From: an uncultured delta proteobacterium
Lineage (GTDB): Bacteria > Desulfobacterota > Desulfobacteria > Desulfobacterales > JAFDCJ01
Assembly: GCA_963769935.1 (NCBI GenBank)
Contig: CAVYNY010000017.1
Location: forward strand, 128,001 to 192,000
DNA: 64,000 nucleotides
Direction of reading: 5' to 3'
This document shows positions 17,301 to 26,902 of this stretch, piece by piece. Numbering within the stretch: the first letter of the stretch is position 1; each line of letters starts with the position of its first letter. Made by a program: the position numbers and the translations under genes. A model generated the notes under the pieces. The model made no database searches. It was not told where the DNA came from and saw nothing but the letters and a program-made list of their open reading frames with translations.

Positions 17301-18689
17301 CTACTCCAGCCCATATTTCTTCACCTGGTAGCGCAGCGTATCGTAGCTGATGTCCAGCAGTTTGGCTGCCAGGGTCTTGTTGTAATTTGATTTTTCGAGC
17401 GCCTGGCGGATGAGGTCCTTTTCCACCTCCTCCAGGGATATACCCGAATCGGGCAATGAAATTTTATCGCCGGTAAGTTGTTTGGTGCTTAAATTGTTGC
17501 CGAAGATCCATTTGGGCATCTGTTCCGGTGCAATAATTTCCGCATCTTCAAGCACGACGAATCGTTCGACCAGATTCTTGAGCTCTCTGACATTGCCCGG
17601 CCAGGCGTAGTTTATCATCAATTCTTCTGCCTGCGGTGTAAAGCCTTTAATTATTTTTTTATTATATTTCTTGGCAAAGTGGCTCAGAAAATAATTGGCC
17701 AGCAAGGGGATATCATCCTGTCTTTTTCTAAGCGGCAGGACGTGCAGATAAAAGGCGGTCAAACGAAAGAACAGGTCTTTGCGGAATTCCCCTTTGCTCA
17801 CCGCTTCGGAGAGGTTGCGATTCGTCGTGGCGATAACCGTCGCCTCCACATCGATTTCCCCTTTGCCGCCGATGCGTCTTATTTTGCGGTCTTCCAAAAC
17901 TCTGAGCAACTTGCTCTGAAGGTCCAATTTCATGTCCCCGATCTCATCGAGCAGGATGGCTCCGCCATTCGCCATTTCAAATAATCCCTTTTTGTCCGAC
18001 TTGGCATCGGTAAACGATCCCTTCTCATAGCCGAACAGCTGACTTTCAAGCAGCGATTCCGGCATGGCGGCACAGTTCACCGAAATAAAGGGTGCATTCC
18101 AGGAGTTGTCCGTATTGAACATTAATTTATGAATTCGTCGGGCGATAAGCTCTTTGCCGGTTCCGCTCTCTCCGGTGACGAGAATGTTGGAGACCCGGGC
18201 CTGGGCAATTTTCTTGATTTTTTCCTCCAGATCCTTGATGATGCCGGACTCTCCGACAATTTCCCTGTCAATGACTTCGGAATAGGCTTTTCTGAGATAG
18301 TCCACCTCCTCTTTGAGATTTTCTTTTTCAATAATGTTGCGGATAACGATTTTGACCTCATCCGTGTTAAACGGTTTGGTCAGGTAGTCGGAGGCGCCGA
18401 GCTTCATTGCTCTGACAGCCGTTTCGGCCGTATCATCCGCGGTGAGCATCACCACGGGGGTCGTCAGTCCATTTTCTTTTATTTCCTTAAGTATATCAAT
18501 TCCGTCACGATCGGGCATTCGGATGTCCATCAGCAGCAGATCCGGATTGCAGGACTTTATTTTATCGATAATGCCGGTGGTTTCAGTCTCGGCAAAAACG
18601 TCGTAGCCTTCCCTCCTCAACGCCTTGGAGAGCACCGTGACGATAAGTTCTTCGTCATCCAGCAAAAATACTTTCCCCTTGCTTTTCAT
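17301..18689 (-). CDS. Sigma-54-dependent NtrC-family response regulator
   Basis: Receiver domain (LLDDE, MDIRMP), Walker A GESGTGKE, GSFTDA loop, WPGNVREL, Fis-type HTH. Confidence 0.95.
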   Translation of the reverse strand: MKSKGKVFLLDDEELIVTVLSKALRREGYDVFAETETTGIIDKIKSCNPDLLLMDIRMPDRDGIDILKEIKENGLTTPVVMLTADDTAETAVRAMKLGASDYLTKPFNTDEVKIVIRNIIEKENLKEEVDYLRKAYSEVIDREIVGESGIIKDLEEKIKKIAQARVSNILVTGESGTGKELIARRIHKLMFNTDNSWNAPFISVNCAAMPESLLESQLFGYEKGSFTDAKSDKKGLFEMANGGAILLDEIGDMKLDLQSKLLRVLEDRKIRRIGGKGEIDVEATVIATTNRNLSEAVSKGEFRKDLFFRLTAFYLHVLPLRKRQDDIPLLANYFLSHFAKKYNKKIIKGFTPQAEELMINYAWPGNVRELKNLVERFVVLEDAEIIAPEQMPKWIFGNNLSTKQLTGDKISLPDSGISLEEVEKDLIRQALEKSNYNKTLAAKLLDISYDTLRYQVKKYGLE

Positions 18690-20896
18690 GCCGTCTGTCC
18701 CTTTATATCCTGCAAAACCTGAAGGGAAACATTGACAACGGTTCCCCGGTTGGGTGTGCTTTCGACATAAATGTCGCCGCCGTGCTCTTCGACGAGCCGC
18801 CGGGTGATCGCCAGCCCCAGGCCGGAGCCCTTGCTTTTGGTTGTGAAAAACGGCTGGAAGATTTGATCCAGCGCTGTCGTTTCAATGCCCTTGCCGGTGT
18901 CGGCAACCGCAATGCGGATGGAATTTAAAGCGGCATCATAGTATGTCTTAACCGCCAGGGCGCCGCCGTCGGACATGGCTTCGATCGCATTGAACATCAG
19001 ATTCAAAAATACCTGCTGCAGCTGCATGGGATCGGCCATGGTTTTGGGGATGTCGGCGCCAAAGTCCTTTAGTACTTTTATCGGACTTGGGGAATTCGAG
19101 GACAATAGGGGGTGCTTCAAGGAAAATGAAATGGTTTTATCAAGCAGATCGTTTATATCCGTAAGCATTAGCTGCAATTGGGGCGGCTTGGCGAAATTCA
19201 GCAGGCTCTTAATCAATAATTCGATGCGTTTAATTTCATCAACGGCTTTGACCACAATCGATCGGTCCTCTTCCGAGATGCAGGGCTCCTGAAGGAGTAC
19301 TTCCACCGATCCCTTGATGCCGGCCAGCGGATTTTTGATTTCATGGGCCAGGCCGGCCGCCCATTCGCCGACCGTTTTCAACTGTTCGGTTCGCTGCAAG
19401 GCTTCCTCCACCCGTTTACGGTCGGTGATATCCCGGATGACATGAATCAATCCGGTAAGTTGGTGATCGCTGTCGAACATAGGCATTGCGCGTATCTCAA
19501 GAAACCGTTCCAGGTGCGGCTCATACATTTCAAAGGAGGCCGGCTTTTCCGTCCGGTAGCATTCACAGCTGGGGCAATCTTCCGGCGGACTTTGCTTGCC
19601 ATGGTAATACTGATAGCATTTTGCTTCGGTATCTTCCAGAAACGGCAGATTCAGGAATTTTTCAGCGGCCTTGTTGGCGCGGATGATTCTGAAATCCCTA
19701 TCATGAATTGTTATCATATCGGTGATGGTATTAAACGTGTCCTCCCATTCCTGCTTGGACTGCAGGACCAATTGCTCCATTTGCCTGCGTACCGAGATAT
19801 CGCGGTCAAACGCCAGGATATATCTGTGACCCATATATTCGACCAGCCCGGCGCTGATTTCTACCGGAAAAATCGTGCCGTCTTTTTTGCGGTGGTCTAA
19901 CTCAGCCTTGATCCATTCACCTTCTAAAATGCGCCGGAACCGTGCCGGGGCAACCTCGGCATCCTCCGGGGCATCGAGATCTTTTATCAGGTTTAGCTTC
20001 AGCATTTCATCGATCGTATAGCCATGCATATCGGCGGCGGCCTGGTTGGCATCCACAATATCGCCGCGGTTTTCGCCTTCGGCTTCGACCATGAAAATGG
20101 CGTCCCCGGCGCTTTCAAAGAGCGTGCGGTATCTTCGTTCGCTTTCCCGGATATTTAAGATGTTTTGCTTCAGGGACTCCGACATGGCATTAAAGGATGT
20201 GGCCACCTCGCCGAACTCATTTTTTAAGCCTTTGATGCGGTAATCCAGATCACCTTCCTGCAATTGACGCGTGGCTTTTAAAAGAACCTTGACCGGTTTG
20301 GTAAACTCGCCGATGACAAAAAAACAAAAGCCGGCCGCAATCAGAAGCGTTATGACCACCAGCGTATTGACAATATGTTCTGACCGGCCGATTGCATTCA
20401 GTGAGGCTTCGGTTTTATCACCCAGCCTGCTGCTGGCTATGTGCACCATGTCGTTGGCCTGCTCCACCAGCGTCTGCGATGTCCGGAACGCCGTGTCGCC
20501 CTCCTGCATCCATTCGGCAAGATTGCCCTTCAGGGTCAGAATCCGGCCGATAGATCCTTTTAACAACTCGACTCCCGAGTTCAATACCTCAAGCCGTTTT
20601 ACCACCTGGGGTCTGTGATGGCAATCAAAGCAGGTGACGGACACGCGCTTCAAATTATTGACGTTGGTCAGAATTTCGTCCGGGCTTTTATCGTAGCGTG
20701 TCCCGATGAGGTAGAGGTCCGACTGCACATTTTTTATCTGGATCAGCAAATGTTCCCGCAGGATTTCAACCTGGTGGAGTTTAATCAGATAGCCGAGCTC
20801 CGAGGTGGCATCCTGGATTGTTGAAACGATATAGACGCCGCCGCTGATCAATATGATGCAGACGAGGCCTAAAGCCATGAATATTTTTTTCTTCAT
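18686..20896 (-). CDS. Sensor histidine kinase with periplasmic heme-c motif, HAMP and 2 PAS domains
   Basis: TM, periplasmic CFDCH, TM, HAMP, two PAS, AHEIKNPL H-box, FFTTK..GSGLGL. Confidence 0.93.
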   Translation of the reverse strand: MKKKIFMALGLVCIILISGGVYIVSTIQDATSELGYLIKLHQVEILREHLLIQIKNVQSDLYLIGTRYDKSPDEILTNVNNLKRVSVTCFDCHHRPQVVKRLEVLNSGVELLKGSIGRILTLKGNLAEWMQEGDTAFRTSQTLVEQANDMVHIASSRLGDKTEASLNAIGRSEHIVNTLVVITLLIAAGFCFFVIGEFTKPVKVLLKATRQLQEGDLDYRIKGLKNEFGEVATSFNAMSESLKQNILNIRESERRYRTLFESAGDAIFMVEAEGENRGDIVDANQAAADMHGYTIDEMLKLNLIKDLDAPEDAEVAPARFRRILEGEWIKAELDHRKKDGTIFPVEISAGLVEYMGHRYILAFDRDISVRRQMEQLVLQSKQEWEDTFNTITDMITIHDRDFRIIRANKAAEKFLNLPFLEDTEAKCYQYYHGKQSPPEDCPSCECYRTEKPASFEMYEPHLERFLEIRAMPMFDSDHQLTGLIHVIRDITDRKRVEEALQRTEQLKTVGEWAAGLAHEIKNPLAGIKGSVEVLLQEPCISEEDRSIVVKAVDEIKRIELLIKSLLNFAKPPQLQLMLTDINDLLDKTISFSLKHPLLSSNSPSPIKVLKDFGADIPKTMADPMQLQQVFLNLMFNAIEAMSDGGALAVKTYYDAALNSIRIAVADTGKGIETTALDQIFQPFFTTKSKGSGLGLAITRRLVEEHGGDIYVESTPNRGTVVNVSLQVLQDIKGQTA

Positions 20897-21054
20897 TTTT
20901 AATCTGCTATTTTATGGGTTTCAGAGGTTTAGATTTCTAAACTGGAAAAAATCTTCGCAAAATACCACATTGTGACGAAAAGCGAAACTGCTTTCAAAAT
21001 TCCCTGCTTCTCTGGCTTTAGACCTGTATCGGTTAACATTTGTCAGATGCAAAA

Positions 21055-21474
21055 AGTTTCAGGTGTCAGCTCGGCCGCCGGCCAAAACAACGGCCGGTCT
21101 GATCAAAAAAGAAACAGAATAGTTCACCGCAGAGCCCGCAGCCTCCGGCCCATAGGGCCTACGCCCCGGTGGGAGAACGCCGAGGAAGAAAATGTTAATT
21201 AATTTCTCTGCGCTCTCAGCGGTGAGACACTTCATAAAAATCGCATCGAATTTAATGAAGTTTCATATGAGTTTTCACTTGTCAGGCATTGGAAGTGCTG
21301 AATACTGAGACCTATAATTTGCTCAATTGTTGCTGGACGAGTATAATGCCTCATAAAGGCCAATTTTTTGGAGCGAAGTCCCGGAAAAATAATTCAATAG
21401 TTATTGTCTTTTTTTATATCATTTTGGTCGGTTACAGGCTGGACTGACACCTGAAACCTGACACCTGAAACCTC
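21055..21474. repeat. Nested MITE/REP-like and heptamer repeat complex
   Basis: GTTTCAGGTGTCAG (~21057) is inverted to CTGACAC-CTGAAAC heptamers (~21444-21473). An inner inverted pair TCACCGCAGAG...CTCAGCGGTGA encloses a GTAG-type REP hairpin (21135-21173, minus strand GTAGGCCC-TAT-GGGCC). Confidence 0.6.
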
Positions 21475-21531
21475 ATAATTAACCTGACATCCGTCGACAA
21501 CTGCAACAGATAGCCGACCCGGCACGCCGCC

Positions 21532-23943
21532 CTACTCCTCCTTGACTGTGCGCTGCGCGGGATCATGGAAATACAGGTATTTAAACAATCCGTCGGGACC
21601 GTGGCAGTCCATGCACGGCAAATTACGGGATTGAACCCTGAGAAAACTATTGTCGGCCGACCCCTCTGTCTTGACGCCGGTGCCCTCGGAAGGACTCCCT
21701 GAACTCCACTGATGCGCATTGTGGCAGGAGGGGCAGGAAAGATTGCCGACCGTTATTAACTGGCCGGTGGTCTTGTCAAAAAGTGGGAAGTAGTTGGCCC
21801 GGCCTTTCGTATTGCGGCCGACGTTGGTAATCAGCTTACCCGCCGGGTGAAAGGCAATCGGTGGAATTTTATCAGCGGCCGCGCCATTTCTGGAATGGCA
21901 GGAAATGCACATCATTTCGGCAATGCTGTTGCCTGAGGTTAAATCCCGGGCCCAGAGCCTGATTTTATTGGGGCTGTTGTGAACCAGATGACAGACGCCG
22001 CAGGTGCCCGATTCGAGCGGAGTTTGACCGATTATATTCAGGGCCGACGGTGCCATCGAGACCAGATCATGATCGGTTTTATTGATATACGCCTGCGCAG
22101 CATGGCAGTTTTCGCAAAGCCCGGCTGCGGGTGAATTTTCCAATCTTAAAAAACTGTTTTGTGAGGTCCCCTCGATCTTAATCTGGTTTTTATCAGGTGT
22201 CTGCGACGGCGCCCAGCGATGCGGATCATGGCAGGTGGGACAGGCGATGACACCGTTTGGCGAAATTTTCCCCTTTCCGTCAAATAACGGCAAGGTGGTG
22301 GCGAGCCCTTTTTCAGAAGGTGGCAGGTCGATTGGATGGGAATAATCTTTGATTACTTTTTTGCCTGCCAGGCCGTTGTCGCTATGACAGTCGAGACAAA
22401 GGCCATCGACCGCACTTTTATTTTCCGCGGTTCGTTTCCTGGCCCAGAGAAATGTCTGCTGGGCATTGTGCACCAGGTGGCAGCTGCCGCAGACACCCGA
22501 CTGCAAAGGCGTTTGATTCCGGGTGTTCCTGGCTTCCGGCGCCACCTTGCCCAGATCATGTTTGGAATCGGCAATGTAAAATTTGTCACGGTGGCATTCA
22601 CGGCAGATTTCCGGTGACGGCTGCCTGATAAAGAATTGGCGGATCGGTTTGTTTTCTTTGGCTGCGGCGGCGGCAGGGGCTGCCGCCGACCGATGAGGGT
22701 CATGGCAGGTGGTGCACGTTATGACCCCCTTCTGATCCTGCAATCCGAAATCGTTATAAAGCGGAAGGTCCGGCTTATTTTCAGGCCGAACCGCCAGCGG
22801 ATGCTGGGTGCCGGTTAAACTGGCTTTACCTGCGATATTGCCCTGGCTGTGACAGCTCAGGCACAGTGCTGTGGTAAAATTTTCTCCGCCGGCAAGTTGT
22901 CTGGCCGCCTTGTGGGGCAGATGGCAGGCCGAACAAACGCCGGCCTGAGCTACCGTCTGGCCTTGAAGATTCCTTTCATTCGGCCCTGACAGCTGCAGAT
23001 TGTGGGTGGTATCGGAAATCGACTTTTTGTCCGGGTGACAGTTCAGGCAAAAGGCCGCCTTTTCATCGTTTGTTACCAGCAGGGACGCCTGTTCGGTCTG
23101 GTTTTTATGGACCTTATGGCAGGTCAGGCATATCAACTCTCCGTTGCGGCCTGTTTCGGCACCTTTTTTTATTATCGCTTCAGGTATCGTTGCTTTTACC
23201 GGCTTGACGTTTACGACATGCATGGGTTTTTTTTTGCCGGCCGGAGTCATAGGGTTCTTATCCGGGTGGCATGCCATACAAAGACTGGAATCGCGGCCGC
23301 TTTCAATCAGAAAACTCTCATACTTCGCCCCGTGGGCGGCGTGGCAGGTTTCGCATATCAGTTGATTGGGTTTATCGCCCGCCAACGCATACCCTTCCAT
23401 CAGACGGTGGGGAATTTCCTGCTTGACGGTATCCAACGGGTGATTGTGAAATTTGCTGGCATCAGCCATCTCCGGGTGGCACATGCGGCACATGGCTGAA
23501 TTGCGGTTGGAGGTTCGCATGAAAATCGACTCTTTGTTGCCGGGCCCGCTGGGAACTCCGTGGGCGGTGTGACAGGTGGCACATACCATGTTGCCCTGTT
23601 CGTCCAGCGGAAAAATAGGGGGTATCTTCATGTGCGCGGGCGGCGGCACATTGGTTTTGTGTTGAGCCGTCTGGTAGGCGCGGGCGCGGGAATCCTCGAT
23701 GCTGCCGTCATGACAGGAAAAGCACATTTCAGGCGTGGCAACTACTTTGGCAGCCGTATAATCGACCAGGTCACTCCCCCGGCCCTCTACAAAAAAGGTG
23801 TCAATCCAGCGATAGTGACAGATGGCACATGCCTTGGCTGAATTGGGGTTTTTCGGCGGCGCCACATTCATCTGGGCATCGGACAACTTGAAAAGCAGAA
23901 CCAGCGCAACGCTAAGTAGAATCAGGAAACTTTTTCTTTTCAT
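21532..23943 (-). CDS. 20-heme c-type cytochrome (paralog A)
   Basis: 20 CxxCH counted; signal peptide; repeated HP..LPL..G.I.C.TCHDPH units. Confidence 0.92.
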   Translation of the reverse strand: MKRKSFLILLSVALVLLFKLSDAQMNVAPPKNPNSAKACAICHYRWIDTFFVEGRGSDLVDYTAAKVVATPEMCFSCHDGSIEDSRARAYQTAQHKTNVPPPAHMKIPPIFPLDEQGNMVCATCHTAHGVPSGPGNKESIFMRTSNRNSAMCRMCHPEMADASKFHNHPLDTVKQEIPHRLMEGYALAGDKPNQLICETCHAAHGAKYESFLIESGRDSSLCMACHPDKNPMTPAGKKKPMHVVNVKPVKATIPEAIIKKGAETGRNGELICLTCHKVHKNQTEQASLLVTNDEKAAFCLNCHPDKKSISDTTHNLQLSGPNERNLQGQTVAQAGVCSACHLPHKAARQLAGGENFTTALCLSCHSQGNIAGKASLTGTQHPLAVRPENKPDLPLYNDFGLQDQKGVITCTTCHDPHRSAAAPAAAAAKENKPIRQFFIRQPSPEICRECHRDKFYIADSKHDLGKVAPEARNTRNQTPLQSGVCGSCHLVHNAQQTFLWARKRTAENKSAVDGLCLDCHSDNGLAGKKVIKDYSHPIDLPPSEKGLATTLPLFDGKGKISPNGVIACPTCHDPHRWAPSQTPDKNQIKIEGTSQNSFLRLENSPAAGLCENCHAAQAYINKTDHDLVSMAPSALNIIGQTPLESGTCGVCHLVHNSPNKIRLWARDLTSGNSIAEMMCISCHSRNGAAADKIPPIAFHPAGKLITNVGRNTKGRANYFPLFDKTTGQLITVGNLSCPSCHNAHQWSSGSPSEGTGVKTEGSADNSFLRVQSRNLPCMDCHGPDGLFKYLYFHDPAQRTVKEE

Positions 23944-24021
23944 CCCTAATTATTCAAATTTGGAAAATCTGGTCCTCTGGGCCAGGCCAGAGTAAACCGG
24001 CTAGGCCGAAGACATATGCCG

Positions 24022-24162
24022 TGGAATGATGGAATATTGGAATGTTGGAATTATGGGTTCTGAAGGATGAAATCTTTTTTCGATACACCTCATAGATCAG
24101 AAACTAAAAACAAGATAAATTCCGTTTTTTAAACCCAATATTCCATTATTCCAGCATTCCAT
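24022..24162. repeat. Octamer (TGGAATRN) tandem repeat with inverted arm
   Basis: TGGAATGA TGGAATAT TGGAATGT TGGAATTA ... CCAATATTCCATTATTCCAGCATTCCA. Confidence 0.7.
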
Positions 24163-24231
24163 TGGACGTCTAAAGGAAAACGCCGCCTTTGTGGTGTGAA
24201 ATCAATTCCGGGCCCTCGGGGTTATGATTCC

Positions 24232-25185
24232 CTACTTTGATTCAGCTTCGCCCACCTGGCGGTATACGCCGACCTTGTTGGCAAACATTTCCACCACATA
24301 GAGTCGGTCCTGCCGATCTATGAATAGGCCAACAGGAGTCTTGAATTTTTTTACCTTGCCGGTTGCCGGCTCACCGATAGCGGCGTAAAACTCCCCGGTC
24401 GACGTGAAAATTTGAATGACGCCCATGTAACTGTCACTGACATAGATGCGGTTGTTTTTATCAACGGCGACGCCCTTGGGTCTGAAAAATTCTCCTTTTT
24501 CAACCCCCCATCCGCCGATGAAATTTACAAACAATCCGTCCGGATTCAGCTCCTGAACCCGGGTATTGATCACATCAACGATATAGAGGTATTTTTGTTT
24601 ATCCAGCGCTATCAGAAAAGGATAGCGGAAGGCGCGTTTGTCGGTGCCCGGTGTGCCCCATGAATCAAGCAATTTAAGATTTGAGAGATCGTAGACCAGA
24701 ATGCGATGGTTGTCGTTGTCCACGACATAGCAGCGGTGGCGGGTGTCATCGACGGCCACATCGGTGGGGTCCGCCGGATGTTTCAAAGCCGGAAGTTTAA
24801 TTTGGGCGATAAAGCCGCCGGTGCGATCAAATATCTGCACCCGATGGTTGCCGGAGTCAGCCACATATACCCGGCCTGATTCAGGGATGTCGATGCCCAG
24901 CGGGTATTTGAACTCCCCGTCGCCTGCACCCGCCAGGCCGAAGGAAGAAACCGGCATTCCCCGGGAGCTGTATATCCGGATACGGTTGTTGACGCCGTCA
25001 ACCACATAGATTTGTCCATCTTTTGATACAGCGACCTCGCTGGGCTCCTTTAGCTGATCGGTTATTTCGAATTGAAGCTCCACATTAATTAGACGAATCC
25101 CCAATGCCGGCGTCACCGCCAGCAGCAGGATGACGGCCGACAGCACTAGGTATGAGTAGCTGTGTTTAGGCAAATATAACATCAA
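24232..25185 (-). CDS. NHL-repeat beta-propeller protein
   Basis: Canonical repeats GEFKYPLGID..VYVADSGNHRVQIFD and GEFFRPKGVAVD..IYVSD. Confidence 0.9.
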   Translation of the reverse strand: MMLYLPKHSYSYLVLSAVILLLAVTPALGIRLINVELQFEITDQLKEPSEVAVSKDGQIYVVDGVNNRIRIYSSRGMPVSSFGLAGAGDGEFKYPLGIDIPESGRVYVADSGNHRVQIFDRTGGFIAQIKLPALKHPADPTDVAVDDTRHRCYVVDNDNHRILVYDLSNLKLLDSWGTPGTDKRAFRYPFLIALDKQKYLYIVDVINTRVQELNPDGLFVNFIGGWGVEKGEFFRPKGVAVDKNNRIYVSDSYMGVIQIFTSTGEFYAAIGEPATGKVKKFKTPVGLFIDRQDRLYVVEMFANKVGVYRQVGEAESK

Positions 25186-25230
25186 AGTCCTTTTTTAGGT
25201 TTCAGGTATCAGGTGTCAGCACAGCCAACA

Positions 25231-25480
25231 ATCAAAATCACAAATTCCAAATCACAAAACTCAAACAATTTCCAATGACCAAAATTCAAAATTCCAAACA
25301 GGACTTCATCGGTTTTGTTATCGCTTTAGATAAATAAGCGATCCTTTGATCGCGAACGCACAAAAGTTCTAAAACATGAAAAAATAAAACAGTTTGATTT
25401 TCTTGATATGGCCGGTTTCGGTCATTGATTATTGTGATTTGGAATTTATTTGTTATTTGGTGCTTGTAATTTGGAATTTA
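25231..25480. repeat. Heptamer-based palindromic element (CAAATTC/GAATTTG family)
   Basis: Left arm AAATCACAAATTCCAAATCACAAA..CAATGACCAAA and inverted right arm GGTCATTG..TTTGGAATTT..TTTGGTGCTTG; related copies near 47.5 kb and 51.1 kb. Confidence 0.7.
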
Positions 25481-25542
25481 TACCTTTCCGCCAGTTCTTT
25501 GCCATCGGTTTTCTGCCTCCTGGAAATTGACATGACACCCGT

Positions 25543-26520
25543 CTAGTTTTCAAACAGGTCCGGAAAATAAAAGGTTTTGTATTTAGTCACCAGGCCTTTG
25601 ATGTTCAGCGATTTAAGATTGGTGGCCGTCTTTTCGCTAAAGCCCAGCTGCTTAAAATCCAGGATGCTGTGGGAAGAATGGCACTCCTCACAGGCCACGC
25701 TGATTTCCTTTTTGGCGATGTCCCGGTGAAAATAACTCAGGCCTTCGGTTCTCTGCTTGTCTGTCAGGGATTTTTCCTTCTGCAGGAATTCTTTTGCCTT
25801 GCGGGTGTCCTCAGGGTTGAATGTCAGTTGTCTTTCTCCGTCATTTTTTACATAAACCGCTATTCTGGATAAAAAATGCGCTGATTTGTGGGCGGTTTGC
25901 GTCCTGGGGTTGTAATACGTACCGAAAGGCTTCCCGCTGAAATCCGCGTTTTCGGTGTCTTTCCAGTCAAAGGTGAAATCAGGGAATTTTTCTTTTTTTA
26001 AATGACATACGTCACAGACCATAAATCCGGTGTGCAAATTTAAAAGCGCACGGACCAGTTTATTTTCAGTATGGGGATACAACGGGTGGCAAACACGGCA
26101 GGCGGTTTCGTCATCCAGCCGGGTGATATACGACTGTTCTCCCTTATGGATATCTTTCAAAGGGTAATTTTTTACCAGCTGCTTGTCTTTTAATTCGCGG
26201 TGACAGGCAGTGTTGCAATTAACCTGTGTCTCACCCGTGTGGGGAACTTTCACCACACCGGTGTGGCACATGCGGCAGTCCACCTTGCCATGGGGCGACT
26301 GGTCATATTTTGCTTCATCAATATGCAGCACTGTGAATCCGCCATCTTTATTATGCCGGACAAGACCTGGATATTGATGACAGGTAAGGCACCCCCCTTC
26401 GTCGAGTGCAAAGCTCACAGTGGCCGTACTAAGGAGCAAGCTGCAAACAACCAGTGTCACAAAGACCAATGGATACGCCCTCAAATTTTTTAAACGAATT
26501 GAATGAAAAAGCGCTTTCAT
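25543..26520 (-). CDS. Multiheme c cytochrome (5 CxxCH + 1 CX3CH), hybrid of the neighbouring module subunits
   Basis: CLTCH, CRMCH, CNTACH, CRVCH, CDVCH, CEECH. Start moved to ATG 26520 because a sigma-54 promoter lies in the longer ORF extension. Confidence 0.85.
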   Translation of the reverse strand: MKALFHSIRLKNLRAYPLVFVTLVVCSLLLSTATVSFALDEGGCLTCHQYPGLVRHNKDGGFTVLHIDEAKYDQSPHGKVDCRMCHTGVVKVPHTGETQVNCNTACHRELKDKQLVKNYPLKDIHKGEQSYITRLDDETACRVCHPLYPHTENKLVRALLNLHTGFMVCDVCHLKKEKFPDFTFDWKDTENADFSGKPFGTYYNPRTQTAHKSAHFLSRIAVYVKNDGERQLTFNPEDTRKAKEFLQKEKSLTDKQRTEGLSYFHRDIAKKEISVACEECHSSHSILDFKQLGFSEKTATNLKSLNIKGLVTKYKTFYFPDLFEN

Positions 26521-26595
26521 GACAATAACGTCCTGGTCTGTTTGTTCAAAATCTGAATCACCCAATGCCAATAATGCTAACCTCGAAACTTTAGA

Positions 26596-26611
26596 GGCAA
26601 TTACTATACCA
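26596..26611 (-). promoter_or_regulatory. Sigma-54 promoter (leftward)
   Basis: Minus strand reads TGGTAT-AGTAA-TTGCC, with the same AGTAA spacer as the 7132-7147 promoter. Confidence 0.7.
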
Positions 26612-26763
26612 AACAGCATTTAGTTTCCAGCTTTTTTGCCAAAGCATCTTTTACCCCCCCTTGGTGTTCAGGGAAAGCAGGGTGGTTGCCGCGTCCTCGT
26701 TTTTGCATCGGAAAAACAAGGGCCGCGTGCAAAAAAACCGTTGCGGTCAGGGCATTCGTTGCC

Positions 26764-26799
26764 TGGTGAAATCACCAATCTGATTCGGTGAAATGCCCA
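26764..26799. promoter_or_regulatory. Tandem palindromic enhancer (bEBP UAS), second copy
   Basis: TGGTGAAATCACCA (26764-26777) and CGGTGAAATGCCCA (26786-26799), starts 22 bp apart. Confidence 0.7.
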
Positions 26800-26886
26800 A
26801 TTGTTCTTTATTTGATAAACGAATTAAATCCGGCTGACTACCATTAACAAAAGGTTTTTAAAAGATCATTCCCGTCGCAGACGCTC

Positions 26887-26902
26887 TGGCACATACATTG
26901 CA
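26887..26902 (+). promoter_or_regulatory. Sigma-54 promoter (rightward) for the cytochrome b/c modules
   Basis: TGGCAC-ATACA-TTGCA, a perfect consensus. Confidence 0.8.
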
